From the NCBI GenBank assembly GCA_002189035.1, contig CM007990.1:6076001-6140000 (forward strand): a DNA stretch of 64,000 nt. Direction: 5' to 3'. This document shows, in pieces, positions 62,983-64,000 of this stretch (position 1 is its first letter; every line of letters begins with the position of its first letter). Made by a program: the position numbers and the translations under genes. A model generated the notes under the pieces. That model searched no databases. It saw only the letters and a program-made list of their open reading frames with translations, and was not told the DNA's origin. The stretch is from Utricularia gibba (Eukaryota; Plantae; Magnoliophyta).

Positions 62983-64000
62983 TAATGCGGGTGAAGTTTC
63001 AAACGATTTCAAATCTGCTTCCATCATTTAAAGTGACGTTTTTAGAACAATTAACAGGTTTAGAGCTCCCCGTGATTATGTGGACGCCAATTTCCTTGCA
63101 TTTTGAGTTTGAAGAAGTAAGTGCCTTCTATCTGATACGGATGGGAGAATAGACTCTCTGCTTTTATGCCAAAAACTGACTTTGATGTTATATCATATAT
63201 GTGTGGTAAGCACCTTAAGTGCTTCGATATGATTTGATGTATGCCATGAAATTTCTCATTCAGGTTGATATAAATCTGATTTTCGTGTCAAGCATTGGCT
63301 CATTGTGTATGATAATTAATGTCTTGGACTTTTCTTTCAGTCGTAGTCATGATGCTGGGCACGGTCCTTAGGTTAATCATACTGGTTTACCCGATGACTA
63401 TTCCAAGTTCCATGTTTTTTTTTATGCATCGATAAGAAATGTTGGAAGTATTGTTATGATTTTGCATACTTCATTTAAGATGTGGATTCCTTTTTTCACT
63501 TCCCTCCCATGTGTTAGGTATGGGAGTTACTTCGTTTGGGATTTAATAATGCTTTATAACTGTAGAGTAGCTGTGTTCTGCGTATGGTGCTGTCAATAGT
63601 TGTATAGATGATTGACATGGACTTTTCTCTTATTATCCTACTCAGGAACAGATAAAAATATAACTTGTGCACCCTCCTGGGATATTTCTGAAATGCTTAG
63701 TGCTATGTTCCAAAGAAGCCTTAGTGTTTTGGGTTCATGAAGCATACGCACGCGTAGTGTCATGCTCTTGGAAGTAAATGTATATCCGATGTATATCCTT
63801 GTTATAGGTTCCCCACTGTAATTGTTTCTTTGTAAAAAATGTGTAACTGATCTCTAAGCTTGTCATCCTGGGATGTGAGATTTGTGTTCGGAGACGTTGT
63901 AAATGTGTATGAGGTCTCGTGTAAACACGCCTCCACTAGTACTTGTAACTCTTGGGAGTGTGATAGCCAACAGGCGGAGGCTCATGATAGGAGAAGCTGT

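Overview
Eukaryotic nuclear DNA from a photosynthetic eudicot with an extremely compact genome: 26 protein-coding loci (one a pseudogene) plus one tRNA in 64 kb, mostly 60-150 nt introns, 0.3-0.8 kb intergenic spacers and no recognisable transposon. A Lentibulariaceae-like origin (Genlisea/Utricularia) is an inference. Gene order: two DUF569 paralogs, LRK10L receptor kinase, TTC38-like TPR protein, tau-GST pseudogene, SHAQKYF MYB, GATL, WVD2-like-related protein, class I formin, ARG1-like DnaJ, class III peroxidase, CYCD1, NHL protein, AP-1 gamma adaptin, PRP31, FSD3, tRNA-Gly(TCC), LHC-like SEP protein, DUF220, DUF1645, galactinol synthase, ARF-A1, INO-like YABBY, RNF170-like RING, mitochondrial S21, coilin and CFIm68-like RRM protein. 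At least seven otherwise conserved genes carry single-base frameshifts, nearly all at homopolymer runs; these are most likely assembly errors. The most interesting signals are a dense UGUA cluster plus 3'UTR introns in the CFIm large-subunit gene (candidate autoregulation), a fast-evolving and possibly truncated INO, a true GST pseudogene, a GC/GT tandem donor in ARF and a CYCD1 uORF. No clearly new biological system is demonstrated. Multi-exon CDS coordinates are start-to-stop spans read by eye.
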